DNA of 64,000 bases from a virus: positions 32,001 to 96,000 of IMG/VR virus record IMGVR_UViG_3300005573_000063, one strand, 5' to 3'. Both the position numbers and the translations under genes were made by a program. Below, piece by piece: positions 1 through 9,509 of the stretch. A model generated the notes under the pieces. That model did no database searches. It was not told where the DNA came from and was given only the letters and a program-made list of their open reading frames with translations. Within the stretch, counting starts at the first letter, position 1; every line of letters begins with the position of its first letter.

Positions 1-1
1 T

Positions 2-871
2 GCAACCCTAGTTAACCTAACTGTATCAGTTGCAGGTATACCAACAGGCGAAACTCATTATGCTGCACAAGCTGGCATATTTAGCGGATCTGTAAGTCAA
101 TGGACACTTCCTAATCTTGCACGTTTTCCCTCATTGACTAATGAATTCATTTTACTTCCCCTACTTCCCGGTGGGATGCCCGGTCTTCCAGTCTCTTCAT
201 TGCAAGCACTATATAGTGGGGTAATTACTACTATCAAACCTGCTTCTACAATTCCCACAATTGCCACTGGAGTTATTAATTCAAGTATTCTCCCTATTAG
301 AGATGCGTGTGCGGATTCGGAATGGTTTTCTCTGGAGCGTTCAGTAACAGCTCCATCTTCAGTATTAGCATCTTCTAATAGCAGTAATTCAAGGAACTGG
401 TTACAGCCAGACATCCCGACAAATGCTCCCACATTTTCTCACTTGAATATACAACATTCGAACCTGAACCTCAATAATAATATTGGCTCAATAAATGTAA
501 GTATTTACGATAACTCAATTGCTCACTCTGTTACTCCTATAACTACTCCGGTACAAAATACTCAATGGTCAGCATGGACATCTTTTGGATTGGCGGACTC
601 ACCCGATAACTACCCTAGCGGTAAGTATCCTGGAGATGCCTCTAAATATACATTGACAGTTCCTCCTGTCTATATTTACGCATGGCCTTCTCAAAGTGCC
701 TATATTTCTTATTTGACTAACTGGATTTTAAGTCAAGGTGGACAGGTTTCGGGCTCTCTTTACCGACTTCCTATACTGGATAATTATCAACCTCAATCTA
801 ATAGTCAAAATACCGATATGTTGATGCCGTCTTCTACTGTACTCTATGCAACTATTTTTGGTGGATTATAA
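2..871 (+). CDS. Tail/baseplate structural protein, 5' truncated by window edge
   Basis: Frame is open from base 2 to TAA at 869-871; Ser/Thr/Asn-rich; stop overlaps the start of the next large tail gene. Confidence 0.6.
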   Translation, partial: ATLVNLTVSVAGIPTGETHYAAQAGIFSGSVSQWTLPNLARFPSLTNEFILLPLLPGGMPGLPVSSLQALYSGVITTIKPASTIPTIATGVINSSILPIRDACADSEWFSLERSVTAPSSVLASSNSSNSRNWLQPDIPTNAPTFSHLNIQHSNLNLNNNIGSINVSIYDNSIAHSVTPITTPVQNTQWSAWTSFGLADSPDNYPSGKYPGDASKYTLTVPPVYIYAWPSQSAYISYLTNWILSQGGQVSGSLYRLPILDNYQPQSNSQNTDMLMPSSTVLYATIFGGL

Positions 872-3800
872 TGCCCCTTGTAGCTAACAATACTAACCCA
901 ATAAATGACTTTACTCAACAGGGAATAACTCCTTCCTTTTCCATAGATGGCCTTGTGGCTGAAGGCATATACCCCCTTACTGGAGTTATAGATCAACTAA
1001 AAAATACAAATGTATTAACTCCCTACAATGCTCCGGAAATTGGAATAGTTAACTCTACTATGGGATTAGGAATTCCTAATCCATTTATTCCCAATAACAA
1101 TGGATGGTATTCTCCTATAGATTATGGAGGAAGTTCTTCAGAAACATGGGTACAATTCAATCTTTCTTCAAGTACATGGCTGAACAACATTGTATTTTCT
1201 ATCTACAATGTGCCTTGTAATTGGTCTTTGTGGTATGTGGATGGAGAAAGCGGAATTACCCTGCAAGCTACTGATACCAATGGGAATGCTATAGGCGGTG
1301 TCATTTCGGGTTCTTCTCAGATTCTTTCTACGTACAGCTCTCAAGCTACTGGCACTCCGCTAAATGCAACATGGGTAAACTTCAACTACTCCTTATTCCC
1401 AATAGAAACATCTGCGCTTCAGTTGAGAATTGATAGAAATGTCTCCCTTTCCCTTATTCCACTAGATATTCAACCTTCTTTTTCTATTACTCAGTACCCA
1501 GTAGGAATTAGTAATTTCGCTATAAATCTAGCCACAAATAATTGGGAAGATGCCTTCCCCGTGGATTCTCAAGAATCTCGTCAATCCGTATGGGGATTCA
1601 CTGAAGAGATAGCGATAGACCAGCATCCTGGGGGAGATGTTCTAACAACTTCAGGATTTTGGAAGTCCGAACCTCAGCCAGTTAAAGATGCAGTAGTTTG
1701 TTTCTATCTGGATGTAAGATCTACTGAGGAGACTTCTCAAGTTCTAGACACCCTGTACATTGAACCTCTCTACTCTGGCTGTAGAATGAATGTTTATTAC
1801 TCAACTGATACTCCTAATCCTGCAGTTTTCCACCTGTCCCGTAATCAAAGTGCTTTTGATGTAACTGGTACTCCGACTATGGAGCCGTCTTCATCTTCTA
1901 TTCAAGGAACTTTGCTCGGAAACGGCAGTTATTTATCTCTTCCTAACTCCAAAATTTCTCTCTCTCTTCAGAATCCTTTTTCTATTGGGTTGAATTTTTC
2001 GTTACCCTATTCTTTTGAGTCATTTACCAGTGAACAAATGACCTTATGGAGCATTGAAGGTGTCAATACTGATTCACTAGACTTGTCTATTATCTCCAAT
2101 ACTCTTGAGTTGAGATACTATACTTCTTCTACTAACTACACCTCGATTTTGACATGGGTAATCCCTTCCACAGTTGCAGAACCGCTTTCTTTGATAGTTG
2201 GGTATGATGGCACCTCTTTTTACCTATATGCCAATGGAATACTGGAGGACTCTTACTCTAGTAATATACTAACTGGCGCAGTAGCACAAACCCTTTTTAT
2301 TGGCACAAATCCATCTACTTCATTACAGCCAGGAAGCGGGGCTATTTCTAACTTTTTCATAAGGCAAGATTCACCAGAAGCCTCTTTGATAGCCACCTAT
2401 CAGAATAATCCTTCTAGGTTCATAGACGCTAAAGGGGTCTTCGATATTACACGAGGAGATTATAAGGGACTCTTGAATGCTCGGCTAACTCAAGACCTAA
2501 ATTGCCTTTCAGGTCCAGGGTCGGACTACTATTCATCTCTAGTTTGGACACCAGTTCAACAAGATTTTTCTCTTCAAAAGGGCTTCTACCATATCCCTCC
2601 ATGCATAGCTTCATATTTAAAATTAGAAATAACTAATTTATCAGCAAGTCCTTATCCTATGGCTGAGGATTCCATTCCTCAAATTGCACAGGTGTTCCCG
2701 GATTGGATTACATCTTATTTCCAAGATCTTCAAAGTCAATTTGAGAGCAATACCACTCAGATTCAATCTTTCTCTCAAACAGGGTCAGCTCCTATTACTT
2801 TCTACAATGCCATTCCAACAGCTACTCTGTATGGAGAAGCCAACTCATTCCTAGGAACTGGCTCTCCGTGGCCTTCTCAAAATGCTCTAACTCAAAACCA
2901 AATGGGTTCTAGTTCATGGATTATGCCTAATCAGGCTGCATATGTAATAGATCCTACAAGTAGTATCAACACTTTAGATTTGAGCAATAGTTCTGGGAAT
3001 CTACTCAATTCAGAAAATACGCTGACTACATGGATTACTCCACGTTTCTATACAGTAGGTCAACATCAATACAAATATGTAAATATTGAACAAACATGGA
3101 AAGAAGCATATTTTGCCGGTATTTCCAATATTGGAATTTTCCGTTCTCTTCCATTTGTCTACAATGACACTCCTGAATATAATGAATTGTGTCTTTACAA
3201 TGATCCTGGATCTATTGTAAGTCAAGAAGAAACTACTATGCTTCCAGTGGGAGTATTAAACGCCGGAGGGTATGTAGCACAGAATACAAATGACGTGTTG
3301 ATAACACACAATTTATCTTCATTCTCAGAGTGTGATACAGTGCAGTTGGCAGGCATGACATCTGACTGGACATCCGCCCTTACTGATGAAGAGATTCTTC
3401 TTCAAAATACTAATAATGTTATTTTGGAAAATTCAATTTCTTCAACCTTTCAAACCTCTACTGGTCTAGGAATTAGTCCGTCTATTGCATATCGGGACGG
3501 GTCTTACTGGCCGCTGACAGATCCCATTGGTAGCACCAGCGCAGTTGATCTTCTTTCAAATAATTCTCTAGATGTAGAATCTATAGATTCTGCTACTGGG
3601 GTGGTTACATTTCAAAGTACAGGTATTTGGCCTGTGGAAGAACAAAAGAGTGTTGCTATTTCAGGGAGCGGCTATTTAAGTGCACCGATAGCTTACAACC
3701 CATCTTATAATTTTAGCATTTTGGGATCAATTCAAACGACTACCGCAGGTGGTTGTATTTTTAGTATGTCTAGTGCCAGTACCGGCGATACCGATGTAGC

Positions 3801-5409
3801 CTATATCGCATTGTACATGGACACAACAGGACTTCTTCATTTTTATGGAGGAAATTCCCTACTAACAGTTCCAAGTTTGGCAGCTGTGAATGATGGCAAG
3901 ACCCATAGGATTGCAGCTACCCTACAATATCTTCCATCTATAGGAACTACAATCAATTTATATGTTGATGGAATTCTTAATGGATCTATTTCAAATGTGG
4001 CTAATGGTGTTCCTCCAGCTACCTTCTATATCAAATTAGGAGTAGGGAATGTCAGTACTCTCTTAGACCCTCCCACTAATAATTGGTATACTGGATCTCT
4101 TTCTGAATTTATCTTTCTGGACGCATTGGTTAATTCTCAACAAATTACTAAAGATGCGGTTGGGATAATTCCATTTTCCAATTATGGATTGTGTACTTCA
4201 CCTAGTTCTAGTAATGCTGAAAATCTTCTTTCAGAATCGGACTCAAACTTTGACCTAGGAACTTCAGGAAATTGGATCCCAATAACTAACTGTACGGGGT
4301 CCGGCTCTCTTCCAGTTTCTACGGCGTATGCTGAAGGCGGAAGTGGTTACTCTGGAGAATTGACTGCTATAGCATCTGGGAATATAGTAGCTGGAATAGG
4401 AACCTCCACATCTTCTCCATATGCAGTTCCCAACTCAATAGAAAACTTCTTAACTACCTATGGACAAATTCCATATGGAGCTGGAGATTTTGGAGGAGCA
4501 TTATCACCACTTTCCACAACGCAGACATGGACATGGATTGTGGATATTTTAGCTTCTTCGGTAGCTAGAACATGTTATCTGACTGTCAATTATTGGGATG
4601 TTCAAGGAACTCTTTTATCTTCATCTAACGGACCCTCTATAACTGAAACTGTAGGCGCTTGGACTCAAATGTTTGTAACGTCTACCGCACCTGCCAATAC
4701 ATATTCTATTGGTATTGAAGTAACTGTAGAAAATGCAGCATTAGGAGAAAATCACTATATTGCTGAAAATGGATTATTCTCTGGAACCAATACCATATGG
4801 TCCACACCTATCAACTATCAAGGCATGAGAATTTCAGCAGTTGCTAGAGTTTTTCTCCCTGCCAGTTCTCAAGGCACCTACCAGATTAGATTAAAGTCTA
4901 ATGGTCAAATTGTATCAAGCCAATCTTATCAGGGTATACTGAATACGTGGATGGATTTGGAAACTATATATCTCAGTCCATTTACAGGGAGTTCACCGGG
5001 TAGTCTACAGGCAGAAGTAGTACAGATTAACCCAGGTGTTAATGAGTCTTTTATTGTAGGAATGCTTAGTTATTTTTACCATCCAGTAAGATGGGAAATA
5101 TCCACAGATACGGGAAATACATATACACCAATAGTGGTTCCTATTAATAACCCTAATGGATATATGACCATTTCACCATCCAATGAGCTTAAATTGAGAC
5201 TCACTGCACTAACTCCCAATACGTATATCAACGCATTTATGATTCAACCTATTTATGAGCAATCCCCGATTACACCTATTACTCCTATTAATTCTTATCC
5301 CAGTCCTCTGGTGAATGAAAATTTTGCTACTAAAGCTCCCATACTGAAGTCTATGTTTCAGCTTTCAGAGAAGTTTTATCCTGCAAGATTTCTTGGATTA
5401 TTTAGTTAA
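871..5409 (+). CDS. Large minor tail/baseplate protein with two LamG-like segments and a carbohydrate-binding-like segment
   Basis: 1512 aa; LamG-like motifs (IVGYDGTSFYLYANG; VNDGKTHRIAATL...INLYVDGILNG...YTGSLSEF); CBM-like ENLLSESDSNFD. Confidence 0.7.
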   Translation: MPLVANNTNPINDFTQQGITPSFSIDGLVAEGIYPLTGVIDQLKNTNVLTPYNAPEIGIVNSTMGLGIPNPFIPNNNGWYSPIDYGGSSSETWVQFNLSSSTWLNNIVFSIYNVPCNWSLWYVDGESGITLQATDTNGNAIGGVISGSSQILSTYSSQATGTPLNATWVNFNYSLFPIETSALQLRIDRNVSLSLIPLDIQPSFSITQYPVGISNFAINLATNNWEDAFPVDSQESRQSVWGFTEEIAIDQHPGGDVLTTSGFWKSEPQPVKDAVVCFYLDVRSTEETSQVLDTLYIEPLYSGCRMNVYYSTDTPNPAVFHLSRNQSAFDVTGTPTMEPSSSSIQGTLLGNGSYLSLPNSKISLSLQNPFSIGLNFSLPYSFESFTSEQMTLWSIEGVNTDSLDLSIISNTLELRYYTSSTNYTSILTWVIPSTVAEPLSLIVGYDGTSFYLYANGILEDSYSSNILTGAVAQTLFIGTNPSTSLQPGSGAISNFFIRQDSPEASLIATYQNNPSRFIDAKGVFDITRGDYKGLLNARLTQDLNCLSGPGSDYYSSLVWTPVQQDFSLQKGFYHIPPCIASYLKLEITNLSASPYPMAEDSIPQIAQVFPDWITSYFQDLQSQFESNTTQIQSFSQTGSAPITFYNAIPTATLYGEANSFLGTGSPWPSQNALTQNQMGSSSWIMPNQAAYVIDPTSSINTLDLSNSSGNLLNSENTLTTWITPRFYTVGQHQYKYVNIEQTWKEAYFAGISNIGIFRSLPFVYNDTPEYNELCLYNDPGSIVSQEETTMLPVGVLNAGGYVAQNTNDVLITHNLSSFSECDTVQLAGMTSDWTSALTDEEILLQNTNNVILENSISSTFQTSTGLGISPSIAYRDGSYWPLTDPIGSTSAVDLLSNNSLDVESIDSATGVVTFQSTGIWPVEEQKSVAISGSGYLSAPIAYNPSYNFSILGSIQTTTAGGCIFSMSSASTGDTDVAYIALYMDTTGLLHFYGGNSLLTVPSLAAVNDGKTHRIAATLQYLPSIGTTINLYVDGILNGSISNVANGVPPATFYIKLGVGNVSTLLDPPTNNWYTGSLSEFIFLDALVNSQQITKDAVGIIPFSNYGLCTSPSSSNAENLLSESDSNFDLGTSGNWIPITNCTGSGSLPVSTAYAEGGSGYSGELTAIASGNIVAGIGTSTSSPYAVPNSIENFLTTYGQIPYGAGDFGGALSPLSTTQTWTWIVDILASSVARTCYLTVNYWDVQGTLLSSSNGPSITETVGAWTQMFVTSTAPANTYSIGIEVTVENAALGENHYIAENGLFSGTNTIWSTPINYQGMRISAVARVFLPASSQGTYQIRLKSNGQIVSSQSYQGILNTWMDLETIYLSPFTGSSPGSLQAEVVQINPGVNESFIVGMLSYFYHPVRWEISTDTGNTYTPIVVPINNPNGYMTISPSNELKLRLTALTPNTYINAFMIQPIYEQSPITPITPINSYPSPLVNENFATKAPILKSMFQLSEKFYPARFLGLFS

Positions 5410-5417
5410 GGAATTAA

Positions 5418-7307
5418 ATGACTGTTGATCTAAGTGAGATAAAAACAAAAGAAGATCTTGAAAGTTCTATTTTAGTTACCTCTTCTCAAAACTTGAATGG
5501 AGTTTTGAAAATACAAGGGGCTGGAGAGAATTTTAAGAAATTGAGTGATGAATATTTAGATCATCTTGGAACCTTTAGAGATTGGTCCCGTATTCCTTCA
5601 TTTAAGAAGGAAGTTGAATCAGCTAATTATTCTCTATATTGGGACATTTCTAGCAATATCTGGTGGGAAAATTATCTTAGATTCTCCACGGAAAATTTCG
5701 AAGTCAAATCTCCCTTTCTAGACAATCACACCCTTTTCCCTTTTCAACATATAGGAATGAATTTTTGTTATTATGTTCTAACTAATGACTTTAATCCTCG
5801 TGTATTAGTAGAATGGGGGGCCGGAACCGGCAAAACGATTCTTTCCTTATTGATGGCACAAAGATTATTCGAAGAGGGTCGAATAGACAATGTACTGATC
5901 TTCTGCAAAAGAGTAAAACAACCCTCCTGGAAGAAGCATTTTGAAACTGAGACTACTCTTTCAGTACAACAATTAGAAGGAGAGCGAGCAAAGAGACATC
6001 AAGTTTTGAGAGAAACTGATGCACAGGTGTTAATTCTTAATTACGAGAAGGCACGCTTTCCATCTAAGAAACGAAGAAGTAAAGATTTTGACTGGAGTAG
6101 GACCGACCTCAAAGAGTTATTAGAGTTTGTAGACAATAAGAGAGTCTTAATTATTTGCGATGAAGCACAAAAATTCAATAATTCTTTTTCTCAAATTTCT
6201 CAAGGACTAGATGCTCTTTTCAATACTCGAATTGAGGGATATCGTCCTCAATGGGTGGGGGGACTGGCGCTGACAGCTACTCCTTATACTGTGAGTCCTC
6301 TTAATATACATGACATTTATTCAGTACTGGTCCCCAACTTATCAAATGTTTCCGAAGGGAAGAGACAGTTTCAGAATGAATATATGGACCATGCTCATGG
6401 TTTTGATATCTTTGGAGAAGTAGTCCGATGGGATAAAGAGAAGCTATATGTTCTAGGGAAAAGACATGAGAGATATTCCCATATTGTCTCTAAAATGAAC
6501 CCAGACATTGCATCTCAATTCCCTCCCCAACTAGAGCTAGATCCTATCGAAATATCTCTATCCGACGCAGATGCAAAAAAATACAACGAGTTGTATGATT
6601 ATGTACTAGAGTTGAACAACAACAATTGGGATTTTCTGTCACTTAAAAGTGTCGTAAATCTTCTTAGGTCATTCTGCAACACTCCAGTTTCTCTAAACTT
6701 CTCGTCTTCTGATATTGTGTCGAAGTTCAAAACTGAACAAGACGATACAGCTGCATCATCTAAATTTCAATATATTGCAGACTTAGTACAAAATTGCGTT
6801 AATCAGAATGAAAAAGTGGTGTTGTTTTCATACTGGACACATGGCACTCTCTTCCCCTACGCAAATGCCCTCAAGAAGGTGCTGGGATCGTCTGTGTTGC
6901 AAAAAACAATTTGGGGTGTAGGGATGAAAGACTCAGAATTTCAAAGCGCTGTAGACGAATTCAATGGCGTGTCAGGAGGAGCGGTATTATTATCTAGTGA
7001 TGCAGGACAGGACGGAATAGACCTCTATGCTCACAACATAATCCACATTGAAACTCCTACCACATATTCTACATTTAGACAAAGATCAGATCGTATTTCT
7101 CGCTCGGACTCCAGGACTCATGGGATTGAACATAATACGATATATAGATTCAAAACTTCTTCAACAATTGAGGAAGGTGTTGAAAATAAGATGCAACGCA
7201 GAAAACAAGAATCCAGCCTTACTTCTCGATCAAATGAGAGCTTCGAAGATTTGAGGGATCTTCTACTCTTTTCAAAGAGAGAATTAAGACTGGATTCTGG
7301 TTGTTAA
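5418..7307 (+). CDS. SNF2/DExD-family helicase
   Basis: LFPFQ, GAGTGKT, DEAQ, TATP, SSKF, AGQDGIDL and QRSDRISR motifs. Confidence 0.9.
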   Translation: MTVDLSEIKTKEDLESSILVTSSQNLNGVLKIQGAGENFKKLSDEYLDHLGTFRDWSRIPSFKKEVESANYSLYWDISSNIWWENYLRFSTENFEVKSPFLDNHTLFPFQHIGMNFCYYVLTNDFNPRVLVEWGAGTGKTILSLLMAQRLFEEGRIDNVLIFCKRVKQPSWKKHFETETTLSVQQLEGERAKRHQVLRETDAQVLILNYEKARFPSKKRRSKDFDWSRTDLKELLEFVDNKRVLIICDEAQKFNNSFSQISQGLDALFNTRIEGYRPQWVGGLALTATPYTVSPLNIHDIYSVLVPNLSNVSEGKRQFQNEYMDHAHGFDIFGEVVRWDKEKLYVLGKRHERYSHIVSKMNPDIASQFPPQLELDPIEISLSDADAKKYNELYDYVLELNNNNWDFLSLKSVVNLLRSFCNTPVSLNFSSSDIVSKFKTEQDDTAASSKFQYIADLVQNCVNQNEKVVLFSYWTHGTLFPYANALKKVLGSSVLQKTIWGVGMKDSEFQSAVDEFNGVSGGAVLLSSDAGQDGIDLYAHNIIHIETPTTYSTFRQRSDRISRSDSRTHGIEHNTIYRFKTSSTIEEGVENKMQRRKQESSLTSRSNESFEDLRDLLLFSKRELRLDSGC

Positions 7308-7316
7308 TTATTTGAG

Positions 7317-7817
7317 TTAGGCAGCCTGTGGTAGATACTGCTCCCATTCCGGGAAGTCTTTCACGTACTGACGAGCTACTAGAAGACCCCTAGTGCCCTT
7401 AGGCTGCTTTGGAGTAATGAGAAGCTTGTACCCCATCTCTGAGTTTAGCTTGTTGCCCTTTTTGAAGTTACAGCGCTTACAAGAAGCCACACAATTATCC
7501 CATGAGTGAGAACCCCCTCGACTCTTCGGAATAACATGGTCAATTGTCTCGGCCTTTTCGCCACAATATGCACACCTATGACCATCTCGGGCTAAGACTG
7601 CATTCTTGCAAAGAGCTACCTTAGTTTTTCTAGGTACATTCACATACTTGTGAAGTCGAATAACCGAAGGAACTTCAATCTCGAAGGAAGAAGCGTGCCA
7701 GACTTTCCCAGTTTCTTCAATAACAGTTACTTTGTCATCGTAAATTAGCTGTATTCCTCTTCGAACTGTACATACATGTAAGGGCTCAAAGGTGGAGTTT
7801 AATAAAAGAACTGGCAT
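7317..7817 (-). CDS. HNH endonuclease (actinobacterial McrA-like type)
   Basis: VLLLNSTFEPL N-terminus; RDGHRCAYCG...TIDHVIPKSRGGSHSWDNCVASCKRCN. Confidence 0.9.
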   Translation of the reverse strand: MPVLLLNSTFEPLHVCTVRRGIQLIYDDKVTVIEETGKVWHASSFEIEVPSVIRLHKYVNVPRKTKVALCKNAVLARDGHRCAYCGEKAETIDHVIPKSRGGSHSWDNCVASCKRCNFKKGNKLNSEMGYKLLITPKQPKGTRGLLVARQYVKDFPEWEQYLPQAA

Positions 7818-7831
7818 CTTAAAATCTCTTT

Positions 7832-8134
7832 CTAGGGCTTATAATTTTTAAGTCTCTGATATTTCTCAGCAGTAGTATGACCATCCCAATGATTTTCTTG
7901 GTAATTTAAATGGGAAAATAAGGATAGTTCCGTATCATGAATGTGCCAAGTCGCTTGACCGACTGGAGTATGAATACATACAATATTGCGCCATTCATCT
8001 TCCCATTCTATTCCTGTATGTTTAGCAAGATGAGCAGGCCATATCTTACTTAAGACACAGACTAGCATATCACGTTCTTCATATGCAAGATCTTTAGAGG
8101 ATTTTTCATTTTGACAATTTTCACAATTTACCAT
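7832..8134 (-). CDS. Conserved phage hypothetical protein with WDGH motif
   Basis: GQATWH...WDGHTTAEKYQRL. Confidence 0.6.
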   Translation of the reverse strand: MVNCENCQNEKSSKDLAYEERDMLVCVLSKIWPAHLAKHTGIEWEDEWRNIVCIHTPVGQATWHIHDTELSLFSHLNYQENHWDGHTTAEKYQRLKNYKP

Positions 8135-8136
8135 AG

Positions 8137-8203
8137 AGCCGAAAGAGGGACTTGAACCCTCCAGAGAACTTTACGAAAGTTCTATGTACCCTGTACTTCC
8201 GGC
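8137..8203 (-). tRNA. tRNA-Thr(CGT) with minimal D arm
   Basis: GCCGGAA/TTTCGGC acceptor, U73; GAACT-TTCGTAA-AGTTC; GAGGG-TTCAAGT-CCCTC; only 67 nt. Confidence 0.7.
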
Positions 8204-8210
8204 GTATTAG

Positions 8211-8289
8211 TGACAAAGCTAGATGTCGAATCTAGATCAATACTACCGTGTTTGTGGTAGCCAAGGTCGCCGTCCCTTTACCCTTTGCC
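8211..8289 (-). ncRNA. tRNA-like RNA with non-canonical 8-nt anticodon loop
   Basis: GGCAAAG/CTTTGTC acceptor; D arm AAGG-GACGGCGA-CCTT; CTACC-ACAAACAC-GGTAG; T arm CTAGA-TTCGACA-TCTAG. Confidence 0.6.
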
Positions 8290-8290
8290 A

Positions 8291-8366
8291 TGGTCCGAAT
8301 CCTGAGAATTGAACTCAGATTAGGGTGCGTATGAAACACCTGTGGTCGCCGTCCCACCCGACTCGG
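8291..8366 (-). tRNA. tRNA-Met/Ile2 (CAT)
   Basis: CCGAGTC/GATTCGG-A-CCA; GGTGT-TTCATAC-GCACC; CTGAG-TTCAATT-CTCAG. Confidence 0.8.
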
Positions 8367-8501
8367 ATAAGGAACAATAATTAGGACTCAATTTTGCCGA
8401 AACCTTAACAGGTTTCAACGTCCTTAGGAACTCATAGAATCCCGAAAAATCGTAATTACCACCCTGAATACCCTTCATTTATTTCCTTCCTACTGTTTGA
8501 G

Positions 8502-8579
8502 TACCGGATATCAGAATCGAACTGATCTACGAACAAGAGTTATAAGCTCCCCGGCTGCCAACCAGGCGCCTCATCCGGC
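8502..8579 (-). tRNA. tRNA-Ile(TAT)
   Basis: GCCGGAT/ATCCGGT-A; GGGAG-CTTATAA-CTCTT; ATCAG-TTCGATT-CTGAT; 5' end overlaps the last codons of the upstream CDS. Confidence 0.8.
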
Positions 8580-8921
8580 ATTGTTATTGGGCTTACCCCT
8601 ATCATCAAATTCAGGGTGTTCCTTCATGAACCGTAGTATAGCAAGTGCATGGAATGCAACAGCAGCCATATGAGGAGAACCTGTCTCCGGATCGAAATCC
8701 TCACCACTCATGAACAAGGCTAGATGACGCCCTAAAGCTCCCAAAGACAATGACCACTCATAGCCCTTTTCCCAATTTCTGTCGTCGTATTTGAGGGCTC
8801 CCTTTCCATATAATTCAGCTACTTCCCACAGAGCATCCCAAGGTATCAAATCAAATCTTGCTAGTTTCTGACCTTTTTGTCCACCAGTTACAGACGTTTT
8901 TCTGACTTCTTCTTTAGACAT
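8571..8921 (-). CDS. dATP/dGTP diphosphohydrolase-like protein (DUF5664 type)
   Basis: TGGQKG...RFDLIP...YGKGALKYDDRNWEKG...RHL...D.ETGSPHMAAVAFHAL. Confidence 0.85.
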   Translation of the reverse strand: MSKEEVRKTSVTGGQKGQKLARFDLIPWDALWEVAELYGKGALKYDDRNWEKGYEWSLSLGALGRHLALFMSGEDFDPETGSPHMAAVAFHALAILRFMKEHPEFDDRGKPNNNAG

Positions 8922-9501
8922 GAATTTTTGAGTTATCCTCCTCCTGAATGATCTTCAAGAAATCTGCCCAACTATCAATTAGATAAGGATGGCCCGCTTG
9001 ATCTTTTCGTGGATAGTCTGCTCCCGGAGGAGATTTAAGAAGAAATGCCTTAGTCCCTACTGCTCTCAAGGCATCTACATTTTTAGGACGATCATCTATA
9101 AAATAATCGGTAGGAGCTGATGTTTTGTCCGATGAAATAATCAATCCTGCATGAGGAATGTCCCAATTGGAGAGCCATTCTTTAGTTGAATCTGTAACTA
9201 TCTCAGGATCACCAACTCCACGATCTGTAATAATATATAGACTATGACCCATATCGGCTAAGATATCCAGTGTCTCCACTGAATCAGGGAAGGGCTCTCC
9301 TGTCCTAAAAACTTCTCCCGCATTCACACCATCCTCAAACCACTTAAGATATTCGTCTAATTCCATCCCCCAATCCGTCTTGTAGAACTCCCAGCAGGAG
9401 GGGACTGCAGACAAAGCTAATCCACTTTTAGTGTAGATATAGTTGGCTAATGCTTCTGTGAAATTGTATACACACCCATCTAAATCAACCCCTATTCTCA
9501 T
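8914..9501 (-). CDS. HAD-family 5'(3')-deoxyribonucleotidase
   Basis: RIGVDLDG motif I, IITDR, FIDDRPKN motif IV. Confidence 0.85.
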   Translation of the reverse strand: MRIGVDLDGCVYNFTEALANYIYTKSGLALSAVPSCWEFYKTDWGMELDEYLKWFEDGVNAGEVFRTGEPFPDSVETLDILADMGHSLYIITDRGVGDPEIVTDSTKEWLSNWDIPHAGLIISSDKTSAPTDYFIDDRPKNVDALRAVGTKAFLLKSPPGADYPRKDQAGHPYLIDSWADFLKIIQEEDNSKIHV

Positions 9502-9509
9502 CTTCTTCC

